A stretch of DNA of 46,013 nt, counting the filler, from Catajapyx aquilonaris (Eukaryota), in NCBI GenBank assembly GCA_000934665.2. It is 2 parts of 2 records of this genome, joined end to end, with 100 filler letters (N's around TTAATTAATTAA, not from the genome) between each part and the next. Parts side by side here need not be neighbours in the genome. Positions count along the whole stretch, not along the records: positions 1 to 22,980 come from JYFJ02005790.1; 1 more part is not named here. One strand, given 5' to 3'. Positions 11,703-23,080 of this stretch are shown here, piece by piece. A program made the position numbers and the translations under genes. The notes beneath the pieces are model-generated. The model saw nothing but the letters and a program-made list of their open reading frames with translations. It was not told where the DNA came from and searched no databases. Within the stretch, counting starts at the first letter, position 1. Every line of letters starts with the position of its first letter.

Positions 11703-11926
11703 GTCCATATTCAGCCAATCCCTCCAAACTAATATAAGTTGTAGGAGTGACGTCAAGTTTTAACAGAATGTCATCACTTATCAGCTTAGAAAGTTTGAAA
11801 CAAAAATGTTACAGAAGGAAAATGGCATTTGCATCAACATAACAATTTCTATACAGTATTTTAATCTTGTTATGTTATAACTGTGACGCAGTTTATCAGT
11901 TTGGAGGGATTCACCTGCATAAGGAT
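11703..11926. mobile_element. Old MITE-like element in ush intron
   Basis: Imperfect ~30-bp inverted repeats sharing AATCCCTCCAAACT / AGTTTGGAGGGATT. Confidence 0.4.
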
Positions 11927-12259
11927 TCGTGTCGTTTACACACAGGAAAAGGCAACAAACAGTCTATACACTCATCCAGTTATTCACTGATGGGCAACAA
12001 TGACAACCGTAATAATTAATTATCAATTAAACTGGTACCGCTAATCATTTTTGAAGAATGCGACACTGATTCGGCTCAAATTATTACTGAATATGCAGAT
12101 CGCCTGCAGATTTTGCTTCAGAAAATTCCCCTCAAGATAAGAAATGATTGGAAAGAGAGCGCATTGCCATCCTTCATTTACATTTTGATTTTATGCAATC
12201 AATGCAACTAATGTGCCCGCCAGGTAAAGCAACGAGAACTGCAATAAGATTCCACTCAC

Positions 12260-12721
12260 CGCGCAGGGCATGTGGAAAAAGCTGCATGTAGTGTAAAAAG
12301 GTCAGGTCATGGGTGTTGGGGGTAGCCGTTGGGGTTGCGCTGGGAGTTGTGGTAGGAGTAGTGGTGGTAGGAGTAGTGGTAGGTGTGGGGGTGTGAATTG
12401 GTGTATGTATTGGAGTGTGGATAGGAGTGTGGACGGGAGTGTGGACCGGGGTGTGGGTGGGTGTATGGATGGGAGTGTGGGTGGGCGTATGAGTTGGGGT
12501 GTGCGTGGGAGTGTGGGTAGGCGTGTGAGTAGGAGTAGTCGGTGGTCGTGTGGGAGGGCGAGTCGGTGGTCGCACCCGCTCCTCCCCCTCTCCGTCTTCC
12601 TCTCCGTCCTCCTCTTCCTGATGCCTATGCTGCTCCTCCGTCTTCACGGCATCGCGGGATCCTTCTCCTCCTTCTCCTCCTCCCCCTCCTTCCACTTCTT
12701 CGTCGCCCCACAACTCTTCTC
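12260..12721 (-). CDS. ush: ush N-terminal coding exon (EELWGDEE..., acidic stretch, (TPxH)12 repeat); the upstream start exon is not securely identified
   Basis: Strong acceptor tttcattttgttgcag| at 12722; consensus donor g|gtgagt at 12259; phase 1-1, in frame with the finger-1 exon. Confidence 0.8.
12393..12536 (-). repeat. Coding tandem repeat, 12 x 12 nt, encoding TP[T/I/V]H
   Basis: Twelve units, each with a different DNA sequence; variation is concentrated at third codon positions. Confidence 0.9.
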
Positions 12722-14400
12722 CTGCAACAAAATGAAACGGAGAAAACAGTCACATTACACTCACTACACATTCCTCACTCCTGCTTCCTTCTTCCTACAC
12801 TCACTGTCATCAACCAGCCGCGGCATGTTCAAAGCAATAGTTAGCAACAACCCTCTGTGCCCACAACGTGGAAGAGGTGATTATGCGGCGGAATCTGTAT
12901 AACGGACCTGTAATGGCGGCCTCCGAAGATAGGCCGACCTAACAAGCTATTGGTGGCAACGACCCTGAGATTCATCCTGAGAGATAGGTCACCTATGCGC
13001 CTCTTTTGACTCACCTATTGCCGCCTTGCAAGGGGAAATCGACCAGTGCAATCAACTGCATCAGGTTTGACATGCAGTAGGGAAATGCAAAATAATTAAT
13101 GTACTGTACAGTACTGCACGGTATTTGCAAGGTATGTACAGGGTGATCAGTAACTCCCAGGTGTTGCTGCATGTAGGGCTTATTTGAAATTTCCACGACC
13201 AAAATAGGCTACTGAGGTCGGTAGTTAGTGCCACACCAATAAACTTAAACTGCAGTAGCTATTAACGGTCACGTCGAAGAAACCAGGCACATACCACTGT
13301 TAGCTGCGTGGCTTAATCATGGGGTGCACAGGCAATTAAGTTTTCATTCCGTTGTCTTTGGCGGTATAGGGAATATCCTGTCTGGCATCACTTCTTCACG
13401 GGGCGATAAGACAATTTCGATGTATACCAATTTCGAAGCAAGCACCTAACCCACAATGACACCTGAACTCCCCATAAGACGACGCGACGGGGACCTGACC
13501 AAACGAAGTCAATGAAAATAGAGCACGTGCTTTTGCCACCCCTGCTCATCGAGTTATTCCGGAAAGAAACACCCTACCACATCCGGAGATGCGGTTTTGA
13601 AACGTCGCACCATTCGCCCAGAACTTCAGTCGTTTCTGCCTATTGTCGACCGCGCCTCGGTGCTTCCGTGCTGCTCTAAGCGACCGCGCTATACTTCACC
13701 TGTTGCTGCATTGTGCTTCCGACCTCGCATCCTGCTGCTGGAGTCACACCGTATCGTATGCACAACTGACTACTGCAAGGTGATATGTATGAGGCAACAG
13801 TGCATATATGACACGTCCATGTCCAGCATTCGCATTGCTTACTGCTCCGAGAAAATGTGCAAGGTGGTGAAAGGCGTCTATTGGAATTTGCATCGTCATT
13901 ATTCGGCAATTCTCGGGAAAAAAACGGGTGCCTATCGCACAGTGTTACCAGCACACCAAGAATGAGATTTTCTTTCCAGAGTATGATTCCGGGGGGAGGG
14001 GGGGGGGGGCTTGAGCTATTTTACTGCTTACAGGCGATCACGATAGGGAATGAGTAATTGTACAAAACTGCCAATTGAATATTGCAGATATCTGCGTCCT
14101 GGTATTAACATTCGATACATATCTGTACTGAGGCACAGTCTGATCATGTTACTATAGAATTAACCAACCTCCGGCGAATTAAGTATTAAAAGGCTGGACA
14201 ATGACAAGGCTTCAAAATTCAAGATGCAACAATGCATATCGTGTACCAGCAAGTTGACTTAATCGGTACACCACTATAGTGCGCAATAGAGAAACGTCTC
14301 CCAAAGTTACCACTCTTTTTGTACACAAGTTGTACATTTATTATTTTGGGTAGTAGGGTGGGGGTGCGGAATGGAAGGTGGAGGTGGGGGTTTAGGTCCG

Positions 14401-14523
14401 TGTGGGAAGACAATTGGTCGTTAGTGCGGGCTGGCGAGATAAAGGCAGATAGTGCAATTCCGGAGACACGTAGGGAGATAAGGCCGGTTGGAAATAAGAA
14501 CAATACGTAGCGGCTTTGGATAA
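14401..14523. promoter_or_regulatory. Candidate enhancer: four co-oriented GATA sites plus a Su(H)-type site
   Basis: AGATAA 14437, AGATAG 14447, AGATAAG 14476, GGATAA 14518; TGTGGGAA 14401. Confidence 0.3.
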
Positions 14524-16197
14524 CGGCCGAAACACGAAGCCCGCAGCCCATCAGGCAAAAATAATTGTTTTGGCTAATTCCTATTGGGCGGGTCATGTTT
14601 TCCTTCACATCACGACCTTGGCCGGATCAACTCGGTCACAATGGACGCCTACGCAACCCTTTCCACCCACTTGTCCAGGTAAGGATTGCAATGGACACCA
14701 AGGAGCTAGACTAAACTATTTCAACAAAAAAAACACACACAGCCGGCATATCAATATTACACCGCAGTCCAAGATTAGACACAAAAGAGCGATTATTCGG
14801 AACCCCACAATATCCTTCACTTCCAATGAAATCTGCGAACAATGCCTGCCGTCGTAATTTCCCCATTCCCCCACGTCGCCCATGCCCCCCCCCCCCTCCC
14901 CCGCCTCCCCGCCTTCCCCACTTATACAACCTACATCTACAGTCTGGCTTCCATGCAGGCAGGGCAAAGCAACACACTTGTTGCACCTACTCCCTCCAAC
15001 AATTACGCTCCTCTCTCCGGATTCCAAAATACAAAGTCAGGTCCAGAGTGGAGGTTAGGTGCACAAAAGCAGATTCAATCGGAATATCAAGATCAATCAC
15101 CGGCGCCCAGATGCCGCGAAGTTCAAATACTTTACAATGGAATGTAACCTATAAATCTAGGGATGTCAAATTAGCAGCGGAAGTTGAAACGACCAGGAAT
15201 TTCTAATGGGATATTCAAATAACGTACCAGTGTAGGTATAGGCCGTTATGATCAACGAATTACCATTTTCTTATGAGAAGGGCTGCGATTTAGAGCAGGG
15301 TAAGTTTATTTTATATACCATAAATTTTAAATACCACAATATGGCCCGATTTTTTTTTTTAAATCGCTAAAAATATTTCACACACAGGTATGCCCAAAAC
15401 TACCCCCAACATTCGCCCTGATCCATACATTTCGAATGGCATTTCTTACTCCGAGCAGCAGAATGATGGTCACATATCAGACCAATATATCCCCAAGTCC
15501 CCTCTAAAATAGTTTTTCCCTCTTTCCCTACCCCCGAGTGTGAGAGCTTCGGAATCAGTGATGTAGTTGGCCCGGGTTGGTAAGGTAGTGAAGCGTGGGC
15601 AAGATAGTGCAACTAGGCAGAAAGATGGCGCTGGCAGCTAGCAAACCCCAGCTAGGTCACGAGCATGGAATAGCCCAAGGCCCCAGTTGTAATGGTGGGT
15701 TCCGCCAGCGCTAATCACTACCCTCTCACGTTATAGATTTTAATATTTGGGCAGATGGGACGGGTTGCAAGCCACGTTGAGCTCCGTCATTGATTTACTC
15801 CCCAGCCCTATCTCTCTCTTTTCTTTCTCCTTCTCTCTCTCTCTCTCCCTCTCTTTCTTCTCCCCCATCAGATTAGGTCCGGCTGCTTACCTCCCCTCAG
15901 ACCCCCTTCCTTCCACCCCCGTCTTAATTGTCCGCCCAAGATGAAAGCGATACAGGGTCCGCTCACGATCCTATCGGCGCGATTTGGGGAAATTAATGAA
16001 GGCTTTTCCGCCCCTCTTTTCCTCGCTCGTTCCTTCCTTCGCTCTCTCACTCCCAAAGTCCATCGATAACAAACCCCCCCCCCCCCCTCAAACCACTCTT
16101 CCTTCACTGCCCACCTTCATCGGCCACATCCAATACCGGCTTGCCTATATACCCTATTCACCCCCCAACCCGGTGGGAATCAGGTGTTGCGGCCACA

Positions 16198-16272
16198 AGG
16201 TCCCACCGAGAATCGAACTCGGACTGCTGGACCGGTTGAGGTCCAGAGTGCTACCCATTACACCATGAGACC
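16198..16272 (-). ncRNA. tRNA-Gln-derived element with an aberrant anticodon arm (probable SINE head or tRNA pseudogene)
   Basis: GGTCTCATGGTGTAATGGGTAGCACTCTGGACCTCAACCGGTCCAGCAGTCCGAGTTCGATTCTCGGTGGGACCT closely follows metazoan tRNA-Gln. Acceptor, D and T arms pair and the A/B boxes are intact; 10 nt lie between the anticodon stem halves; no nearby oligo-T terminator. Confidence 0.8.
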
Positions 16273-18110
16273 TATGGTGACGGTCGAGATTCCCACGAAA
16301 AAAAAAATATATATAGAGACCAGGCGTGGCACTCCCCCAATCTGCGAATTGAATCGGACACGACCGATGCACAAGAGGAGGGTGGGAGAAACAAAGGCGG
16401 AGTGATTTTGCAGCAGGGCACCACCTGAATCCCTGTCAGCCGGAGAAATATTATCAATTAGGCGGATGATTTAGCCGATAGGAAGCGGAATTAATGGCGG
16501 GCATTAGCAGCGCTCGGCCCAAACCAGTCGCCTGCAGCTGCTGCAGGCCCCTTCTTGGACCCGATGTTTGCTTGTGTATACACGACCCTCCGTGCAGATT
16601 TAATAAACGAAATATCCGGCAGACATACCACCTGGATTTCAACTGATGCAAATATTCCCGAGTAACCCTATAGGTATAACCGTCAATAGGACAGGACTTG
16701 CTGTTGGTCGAGTTTTGGTGGAGCCAACCCGCATCAAGGAGAGTTATCGTGGAAGGTGATGTAGAGAGGAGTGCACGATTCATCTTTGGCCTCCCCCATA
16801 CCCCCACCCAAGCATGTTCTGGGCTGGACCAACACGAAAGCCCAGATAACTGACTAACGGCCTTTACACCCAACCCCATTCTCTTTTCTTCACATGAGCT
16901 CTCTGCACCACTATACGCATCCATCTTGCTTGAGTATGAATCGCATGCAATCAAAGTGATGTTGGCTAGTTATTTTCTCAGGAGGAGCATGAATCATCCG
17001 TGGAGAGATGGTGAACCCCCCTATACACGACCGTCTTGCCATTACAAACAGTTTGGAGAGAAGGAGGTGGTGGTGGAGAAGGAGGAGGAGGAGAGAGGAG
17101 GGCAATTCGTTCCCAACCGAATGGGTTCCAAATGAGAGGAAATGGTGCCGTTGCCTTTAGCAGTATAGTGATCGATCGATGGATCGGACCTACTCTCCAC
17201 AATGGTCCAATTCCAGCACTATTTCACACTTGTTGCACTATTGTCTACATTCACAACAGAATTTTATTGTGCACTTTAGGTCATCAAGTCAACGGTTGTG
17301 CCTTCTAGATAGTCAAGAGCTCTTGATATATAGTCTAAGCTGTCGCTTTTTCGGAAATGCATTTTTATAAAGCCGTGTGCATATTTTCGTGACTTGGTGC
17401 AGGACGGTACTGTGCATTCAATGTCGGTACTTTGTGGCTAAGTAACTGATTTAAAAAGTTATTATAACCCAGGTGCAGGTAACCTCCGTTGGCAAAAATA
17501 TTATGTTCCTTATATACGCTTCTTGACTCTGTCTCTCTATTATAGTCTCCGAAACAGCCGTACTCTAATGTCAATATTCTCATTTCCATCGCCTCCAACC
17601 GTCGCCACCTTTATCATTTTGCGCTAACTTCGGGCAGAATGGAAACTGTTAACATTGTCACATTACTGGGATATTAAATGACTGCAAGAATTAATGCCTC
17701 ACTTGACATTTAAGTTAGCTACAGGAGTTATGGATTAGTGAAAAAGAAAACCACATGAACCGATGCGGGCGAATGCAAGGAAGCGTCAGTTTACCTCCGG
17801 TTTTCGATTTCAGGAGCCTGTCGGGGAAATTATGTTGTGCCCATACTGTGTACGGTTCCTAAGCCAAATATGGGTTCAAGACAACAGTACTGACCTCAGG
17901 TGCCAGTGGGTCAAAATGGCCACTCGCAGTCCTAAAAGCCGGAATGAATTCTTCTCCTCAACTTAATACTGTACTGTTTTAGAAGCTAATTTTTCGATAG
18001 CCCACAGGAAAGGAACTGCATAATTAATTAGCAGCTCAGTGTCAAAATTTTGCTAACTAGATCCTGCTGTATATCGCCCCGTGCTTTTCCCTCGTTTTAC
18101 TATGTAATAA

Positions 18111-18301
18111 GGATGTGCGGGGAAATGGCATAAGTCAAAAAAAAACTTTTTGACTTATGAGCTTCCCCCCCCCCCCCNCCCCCCCGAATCAGAGCATTCA
18201 CCTCTATTAATCCACCGCATGGATAATACTCGGATTAGGGGGAAAAAGAGCGTAAGTAAAAAAATTATTTTTTTGACTTATGCCCTTTTCCCCGCGCATC
18301 C
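18111..18301. mobile_element. MITE (~190 bp) with TIRs that are themselves hairpins
   Basis: GGATGTGCGGGGAAATGGCATAAGTCAAAAAA ... TTTTTTGACTTATGCCCTTTTCCCCGCGCATCC; internal CATAAGTCA..TGACTTATG palindromes. Confidence 0.7.
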
Positions 18302-21300
18302 GAGATATGTCCATGTCCCCTATGAGTATATGTCAAAATTTCACAATAACTTGTACTGCAAAAGTCTAATTGCGATGGACAATACGCGTAGTTCTATTTT
18401 GATAGGTCTACTTGTTTGGAACTGTACATGTTATAGATATTCTCAGCTATTCACGTAATGGAAGTCTACGAAACTTTTAAATACGATACTCCTTGAGCTA
18501 CATGTAGTGGCACTTGGTAAAGTAGTGCTGTTGAGTTACATCGGAACTGTCTATTTCTCCGTTGAAGGGAGGTAGGCACGTGATGGCCATCCATTAGCAC
18601 CACCCTCAACCATTCCAAAATCACTGTTGTGATCCCGTAAATGCGTGTATCTATTCCAACGCATCAAATATTGCGTAAGTGCAAACATCTCTATCAGCAG
18701 GTCTATCCAACTTAAACCAGAAAAAATGGACGAAGTCCTGTCCGTAAATGTCAACACGACGAGCGAATAATGTGTAATATTCAGCGACGGGAATATTTAC
18801 GCACCAGAAGTGCAATTAAATATGTAGTGAAAGCCATTCTACTATGGCATGCACTGCTACTTAAGTGCTGCAGCGCATGCAAACTACCGGTATCAAGCCT
18901 GGCCTACTATAAAGCTTCGGAAACTCTCTCTCTCTCTCTCTCTCCTCTCTTTTTGTAATGTTATTTTTATAAGCAGTTTCAAAACCCTGCAAAATGCCTA
19001 CGGCTATTTACAAATAAGCAGCTTAGTTCCACCGGTTTGGGTAATGCCGCTGACTAGGGTCAGGCAATTCCGATTTTGCTCCTACCTTGTAAACAAATCA
19101 TTCCCACATAATCTGTCCAATTCAACGTGGCAAATGTCTTCGATATTGCTAAAAACATTTAAAATTGCATAATTTTTGTCAAATTTATCCAGAATATTCC
19201 TAGTGTACGAGGTATCCTGATCATTATTGATCTTAATTATAGTGATACCTGTCCTTGAAAAAACTTACCCGTATATTGATACTACGAATCTAAGATCCGA
19301 TAAAGAACCTATAGGTGGGCCTTGGATCCTGTCAACTCCTGCTTTTACTCCCCCTAGGCAGTTTCTCATGACCAACATGCAATATTATAATGTCCTCACC
19401 ATTTGACATCAAATACCCGCTCAGAAATTATTATATATGCAAGACATGACAACTCCGCATCAGAGGGCCTTATCGAGTTATCGAGTTTGGGTTGAGGCGG
19501 TGGGTGGTATTAAGATATGGCGGTGGGTGAGTGCCTTTTAAGCTTGAACCAGTTATATCTTCATATAAGGCTTGGGAGCCCGGGTGCGAATCTTATTGAA
19601 ACTCTGAAGACTACATTATTTTGCCATAATCAAGATAACACCAATGTGTAATTTAAAAACAAGAATAATAGCAATTGATAACAACGCCCAAGTCCGCGCA
19701 ACACTTGGCGATACCTCGATAAGAAATCATCCTGCCAGATAATCGCGTGAATAAAAATGCGAATGTTCAAGACAATAATTAGCACACGACTAATTGTCGA
19801 AACTCGGTCTTTATATATGCATCCAAAAGACTGCTCACTTGCATTTTTTTTTGTTATGGTGAACATACTGGAAACTGACCAGTACAAGTATAATAAACAA
19901 AGGGGCTTTGACTTCTGCAGTTGGACTACCTTCCAAGTGAACCTCCATAACTTATAAACCTGATAAACTTGAGTGCCCTCGAGCAAGTTATATTGCGGGT
20001 AAAATTCAAGCAAATCTGCCAATCAGCTGCAGATTTTTTTTAAAAGCCTGAACTCTTCTCTAACGAATGTCAAAATAACCATTTTCCGATAAACTGTCCC
20101 ATATCTAAGCGATAAACCCTCTTGGATTGCAGTCATATGCAGCGTGTATTGTTTCTTCTTGGCGCATCTTCGCTTCCTTAAAAAAGCAACCGACATATTA
20201 AAAATAACTGATATTATTTTTAGTTATTTAACTTTCACAATATGCTCATTTTTAAATAGCCTACTTTTTGACTCGATCCCAAAGTTAAGGATGCCTACAA
20301 AAATCCAGGCAATAAAAGCTAACTTGAAAATAGTGACACACCCACAGATTTGCATACCGGTATATGTAGTCCACCAAAACATGAGTATGTGAGAATGAAA
20401 ACGCCCTAAGTTCTAAACTCAACTTAGTCATTCTCCTCAACATCATAATTTGAATATGAAAAATTGAATTTCTTTACTTTCCAAGTGCAAAACTTTCCCA
20501 AGAAAATTCATTATCGCAGTTTGAATCCTCGAAATTCAGACCAGAAAATATATGTGTCAGGCTAATAGCACACACCTCTAAGCCTGGAACAACAAGACCC
20601 TTTCAGCTGTTGTTTCCTTATTTGTCGCTCCCTTTATATGGCCAACTGTCTACTCTTTCTCATTTCTGGTACGTTACTTTGCGCCACAAAAACATAATGA
20701 ATTATGCAGGTTTTCAAGTGTATTTAAGTGTATGTCTTGGATATCAAATTCGCCGGTAAGTACAGAACAGACAGGCTACGCAATTTATGAGTTAGTTTCA
20801 TATGGTATAGAAAATTGAGTCCGGGCTGTATGGATTGTTCGCAACGGCGAAGGCAGCAATATTCTGTGATATGTTGACATAAGCAAAAAAAAAAAAAAAT
20901 TGGCGCCAACTAGTGATGCCAACAGAACTGTAATCTGTTGGCATCCCATGATTACAATCTGGCCTCAATAGGTATAGCCACCAAGTGTCGAATACCTGAC
21001 TTGGGCCGCGAAAATTAAATCGCGGATAAAAATGGCGGATGCAGCTGCTGAAGCTAGGCGCTCATCTGATACGCTTTATTTATTTTTTACTCATATTTAG
21101 AGTGCGATTTTCGGCAATGCATTGAATGTTCTGGGATTCGCAAGGAATGTGTATTAGGAAATGCAAAGAGAAGGGTCTGTGACAATCTTTGCTGCTGTAG
21201 AGAACTGGTAATTTTCTTGTCCTGCTGAGACAAAATGTCCATTTAAATGGACATCCGGAAAAAAAATCGCTGAATGGGCTGTAATTTTTCTTTAAGTGCA

Positions 21301-21952
21301 TGTATCTACCTATACACCCACAAGGAAGTGTACTTTGAACTACAGTTCAGTTTTAAACTCTAGAATAGCGAGGTACTATGCTAGGAGGTACTAAGAGAAA
21401 GAGCAATCCCCATAACTGAAGTTTTGACCTTGAAAAAAATTGCAATATATCTTGAATTGTATTCTGAGACGAATTGCTACCACGAATTCCACAAATGAAT
21501 GTAAAAAAACATTGTGTGGAGGAGAGAGCACTATGTTAGTGATCCATTAAGTGGCATTTACATTTTCAGCTTTCATCCGTTCTGCTTTTGTAGCAGCAAT
21601 TGTGGCCTGGTATTCTCATTGGTTGTTCATCATTATTTTAGAACTATAATTTTTTTCACGTTTCTCATTGGGTAAATGTTCAGAAAATGCAATAGGAACT
21701 GACATTGCGTTACTCAATTCTTCTCGGGTCTCAGGAAGATACAACTAGCCATAATGTTGCAATATGAGTACATAGTTACACTAGGCGCATAGAAAGCTAT
21801 TCGGACTCTATACCCTGGAGCCTGGACCTATCGGGTGAAAACCAGTCAATGGCCCCGTGTTGCTGACGGGATATGTTTGGTAATAGAAACTAACGTCACT
21901 CACCCTGTATGCAACGTCTGGCTTTAGAGGCTTCCATGGCCTTTGGATCATG

Positions 21953-22041
21953 CCTTACCTTGCCTAGACGCAATCTGCGTCTGGTTACTAGGTCACAGGA
22001 TACTTACCTGAAAAGAGAAAATAGCAACATTGCATTATTAG
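21953..22041 (-). other. Candidate recursive splice site (ratchet point) with a 49-nt cryptic RP-exon (22007-21959)
   Basis: Branch point CTAAT (22041-22037), tract TATTTTCTCTTTTCAG directly followed by GTAAGTAT (AG|GT at 22008/22007), then a second donor AAG|GTAAGG at 21958. Confidence 0.65.
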
Positions 22042-22159
22042 CGTCTTGCCACACTCACATAACTGTCACATGCCACTCGTTCCCTCTTGTAAATTACTCG
22101 TAAACACTACACGTGTGATCCCTTAGTGTAGAAAATAAAAAAGACAATAATGGCGGGTT

Positions 22160-22456
22160 TGTGGTTGTCTTACCAGCCTCGGAGTCAGTCAAAACTACTT
22201 TCGACATCGCTCTAGTGGAAAAAAGAGCAATAAAAACCGTCCATTAAGAAACCTGCACACAGCTAAAACTGCTGGTACGGAAAACAAATTTGTTGTTCTT
22301 CTTCTTCTTGTTTATTTTCTTCAACTTCACTTCACGATAAGTGATTTTGTCCTTCGATAACGTACAGATATGCCCGAAGCTTATCCCTTCACCTGAAATA
22401 TTTCCTGAGCCCATGGACAGATTGTGAACTATAATAAGGTACCCAACACGGATAAG
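22160..22456. promoter_or_regulatory. Candidate GATA/RUNX regulatory module
   Basis: TGTGGTT 22160; GATA cores at 22335, 22355, 22366, 22380 and 22450. Confidence 0.3.
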
Positions 22457-22980
22457 ACTTTGCGTACTCGTTTACAAACTCAAGTGATGTAACCGAAAAC
22501 AATATTTCAGCCTAAGACTTGACAAGCATCTGCTTACGGCCTCCATGCCTGATCCGGTGGAACCCGCTGGCCCCAAGCGATCATAAATTAGCACAAGTTG
22601 ACTTTTTGCGGCGATTAAACACGGAAAACTGATCTCAAGTCTACCCTAGCGGCGAGAAACTAATGTTTGCCAATCGGCCAGTTTACAAAGCCTGGTTTAA
22701 GTATTAAAGGTATGTTCACAAGCTCGTAAGAACAGACTTTTCCGCGCGAATTGGCTTCTCGCTCTCGTTCACGCTCCCGCTCCGACTGATTCTCGCGAGC
22801 TAAAGGCCGGTATCCACGTACAAGAATCTCGCATACGAGCCTTGCAGCAGAAAGAATTCCGAATTTCGGTTCTTAAGGCCGGTATCACGGTCTTAGAAGG
22901 ATAGGTCGGGAAACTCCCCGCCATCTTGCGATCCGTTACTCAATCCCGCCGTGGCGCTGACTGGAGGTCGCCATGATGTG

Positions 22981-23080
22981 NNNNNNNNNNNNNNNNNNNN
23001 NNNNNNNNNNNNNNNNNNNNNNNNTTAATTAATTAANNNNNNNNNNNNNNNNNNNNNNNNNNNNNNNNNNNNNNNNNNNN
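22981..23080. other. Assembly gap with artificial six-frame-stop linker
   Basis: 44 N + TTAATTAATTAA (23025-23036) + 44 N. Confidence 0.97.

Noticed and set aside
12732..12752. MKRRKQS on +, resembling the FOG NuRD-binding motif MSRRKQ
   Set aside because: Wrong strand; it is the complement of the acceptor pyrimidine tract. A GRRKQ at ~10300 is intronic and not at an N-terminus.
13009..13017. Donor-like TAG|GTGAGT upstream of the 12721 exon
   Set aside because: No pyrimidine tract and no ATG in the phase-1 frame after the nearest stop.
15885..16107. ORF ending in a phase-1 donor GAG|GTAAGC
   Set aside because: Only a GTG start shortly after a stop, low-complexity sequence, no clear acceptor.
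22000..22010. ATACTTACCTG on +, identical to the U1 snRNA 5' end
   Set aside because: The following sequence has no U1 body; it is simply the reverse complement of a perfect minus-strand donor.
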